Part shown: positions 62,592 to 64,000 of the stretch, one piece after another
How positions within the stretch are numbered: position 1 is the stretch's first letter
Layout of the letters: every line of letters starts with the position of its first letter
Assembly: GCA_963769025.1 (NCBI GenBank)
Contig: CAVYKI010000010.1
Location: 320,001-384,000, forward strand
Length of the DNA: 64,000 nucleotides
Reading direction: 5' to 3'
Origin: an uncultured Verrucomicrobiae bacterium
GTDB lineage: Bacteria; Verrucomicrobiota; Verrucomicrobiia; Chthoniobacterales; Chthoniobacteraceae
Notes under the pieces: model-generated
Seen by the model: the letters and a program-made list of their open reading frames with translations, nothing else
The model's database searches: none
What the model was told of the DNA's origin: nothing
Translations under genes and position numbers: made by a program

Positions 62592-63203
62592 ATGAAATCC
62601 CTCCTGCTCGCCCTCACGTTCGGACTGGCGGCAACCAGCCTCATCGCCGCCGACAAAAAAACCGCAGATGAAGGCGCTCCGCCTCCCGGAAAATATTCCG
62701 AGAAATCCATCTATCAGGTGACATCCACCTGGACGACCGACACCGGAAAGGAGTTCCAGCTCGACAGCCTTCGCGGAAAGCCCGTGGTGCTCGGCCTCTT
62801 TTTCACCCACTGCGACCATTCGTGCCCGGTCCTGGTCCGCGACATCAAGTCACTCCAGACCCCGCTGACTCCCAAGGCAGCGGGAAACGCGCAGTTCGTC
62901 CTCGTGAGCATCGATTCCGAACGCGACACGCCGGCCACGCTCAAGGAGTTTCGCAAAAAGTACCTGCTCGCGGATGAACGCTGGATTCTCGCGAGGGGCG
63001 ATGAGGACGCCGTGAAGCAACTGGCGGAGAAGCTGGGATTCGCCTACGCGCCCGGCTCGAAGACGCAATTCGGCCACTCGGTGCTCGTCACCATTCTCGA
63101 CGAAAAAGGCGTGATCAAGCACCAGCAGGCGGGCCTCGGCGTGGACCGCAGCGGAGCCATTGCGACGATCGAGAAACTCGCCGGCGCGAAGAAGCCGGAG
63201 TAA
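62592..63203 (+). CDS. SCO1/SenC family copper chaperone
   Basis: FTHCDHSCP (CxxxC), SIDSERDT and a conserved His (GHS). Confidence 0.9.
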   Translation: MKSLLLALTFGLAATSLIAADKKTADEGAPPPGKYSEKSIYQVTSTWTTDTGKEFQLDSLRGKPVVLGLFFTHCDHSCPVLVRDIKSLQTPLTPKAAGNAQFVLVSIDSERDTPATLKEFRKKYLLADERWILARGDEDAVKQLAEKLGFAYAPGSKTQFGHSVLVTILDEKGVIKHQQAGLGVDRSGAIATIEKLAGAKKPE

Positions 63204-63289
63204 GACCGACGTAACGGACGGCCCTCGCCGAACCCTGCGCGGGCGGCGCTTGCCTCGCCATTCGCGGGACGGTTTGCTGCCCGGCTCAC

Positions 63290-64000
63290 GTGTCCACGCC
63301 CGCACCCACATCGCCCCCCGCTCCGCACCCGCGAGTCTTCGCGCGATTCATGATCGCCGAGTTCGTCTCGATGGTCGGCGCGTGGATGCAGATGCAGGCG
63401 CAGCAGCTCGTGGTCGAGAGCCAGGCGACCACTTCCACCGCGCAGGCGCTCGTCAGCTTCGCCACGCTCATGGTCATCCCGCTCTTCGGCCCGTGGGCCG
63501 GGAATGCCGCGGATCGCCACGACCGTCGGCGCATTCTCATCACCGTGATTTTGATCCAGGCGCTGCTCGCCATCTTCGTCGGCTGGAAAGTGCAGACCAG
63601 CACGCTGCTGCTGTGGCACCTCGTGAGCATCGGCTTCATCATGGGCGTCACGCACGCCTTCGAGGGTCCGGCGTATTCCGCGTTGATTCCGGAGCTCGTC
63701 CCGAGGGAAAGGATCGCGCGCGCCTTCGCGCTCGACCGCTCCGTTTTCCACACCGCGCGGATCATCGGCCCCGCACTCGCGGGCCTCGCGGTCGCGCACT
63801 ACGGCCTCGCGTCGGCGTTTTACGCGAATGCCGTCAGCTTCATCTGCCCCCTCATCATCCTTTTCACCATTCCGCCGCGTCCCCGCGGGACGGAAGCGGA
63901 GGAAAAGCTCCGCCGCACGGGATTCATGGACGGCTGGCGGCACGTGCGCTCCGACGCGCCGACCTTCCGCATGGTGCTCATCTGCACGGCGAACGCCCTC
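63290..64000 (+). CDS. MFS transporter (partial, runs off the window end)
   Basis: Open frame from GTG 63290: SMVGAWMQ...AGNAADRHDRRRILI...FEGPA...ARIIGPALAG. Confidence 0.85.
   Translation, partial: MSTPAPTSPPAPHPRVFARFMIAEFVSMVGAWMQMQAQQLVVESQATTSTAQALVSFATLMVIPLFGPWAGNAADRHDRRRILITVILIQALLAIFVGWKVQTSTLLLWHLVSIGFIMGVTHAFEGPAYSALIPELVPRERIARAFALDRSVFHTARIIGPALAGLAVAHYGLASAFYANAVSFICPLIILFTIPPRPRGTEAEEKLRRTGFMDGWRHVRSDAPTFRMVLICTANAL

Overview
High-GC bacterial chromosomal segment, probably Verrucomicrobiota (inferred from the MurC-MurB fusion, the divergent FtsZ and the style of the secreted proteins). Many conserved genes carry single-base frameshifts, which most likely come from an unpolished long-read assembly. 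In order, the window holds: (i) the end of the dcw cluster (murG, a small inserted ORF, murC-murB, ddl, ftsQ, ftsA, ftsZ); (ii) an ~8 kb defence/mobility patch with three toxin-antitoxin pairs, vsr, a BsuBI/PstI-type restriction endonuclease remnant cut by a complete IS3-family element, a broken HNH nuclease and a 21-bp tandem array; (iii) secreted and housekeeping enzymes, tRNA-Phe, a type III PKS, xseB-dxs, a squalene/phytoene synthase and class II ribonucleotide reductase with tandem NrdR boxes; (iv) an 11-kb stand-alone type II fatty-acid assembly locus (36007-47040), the most interesting system here. It resembles acpXL-lpxXL very-long-chain-fatty-acid lipid A clusters but adds an AcpS-LpxL fusion, a double-hotdog dehydratase with split catalytic residues, an inserted desaturase, a condensation-like acyltransferase, a lipoprotein hydrolase and a membrane methyltransferase; (v) catabolic and secreted enzymes, rpe, SCO and a partial MFS transporter. 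All family calls come from motif recognition; no database searches were run.
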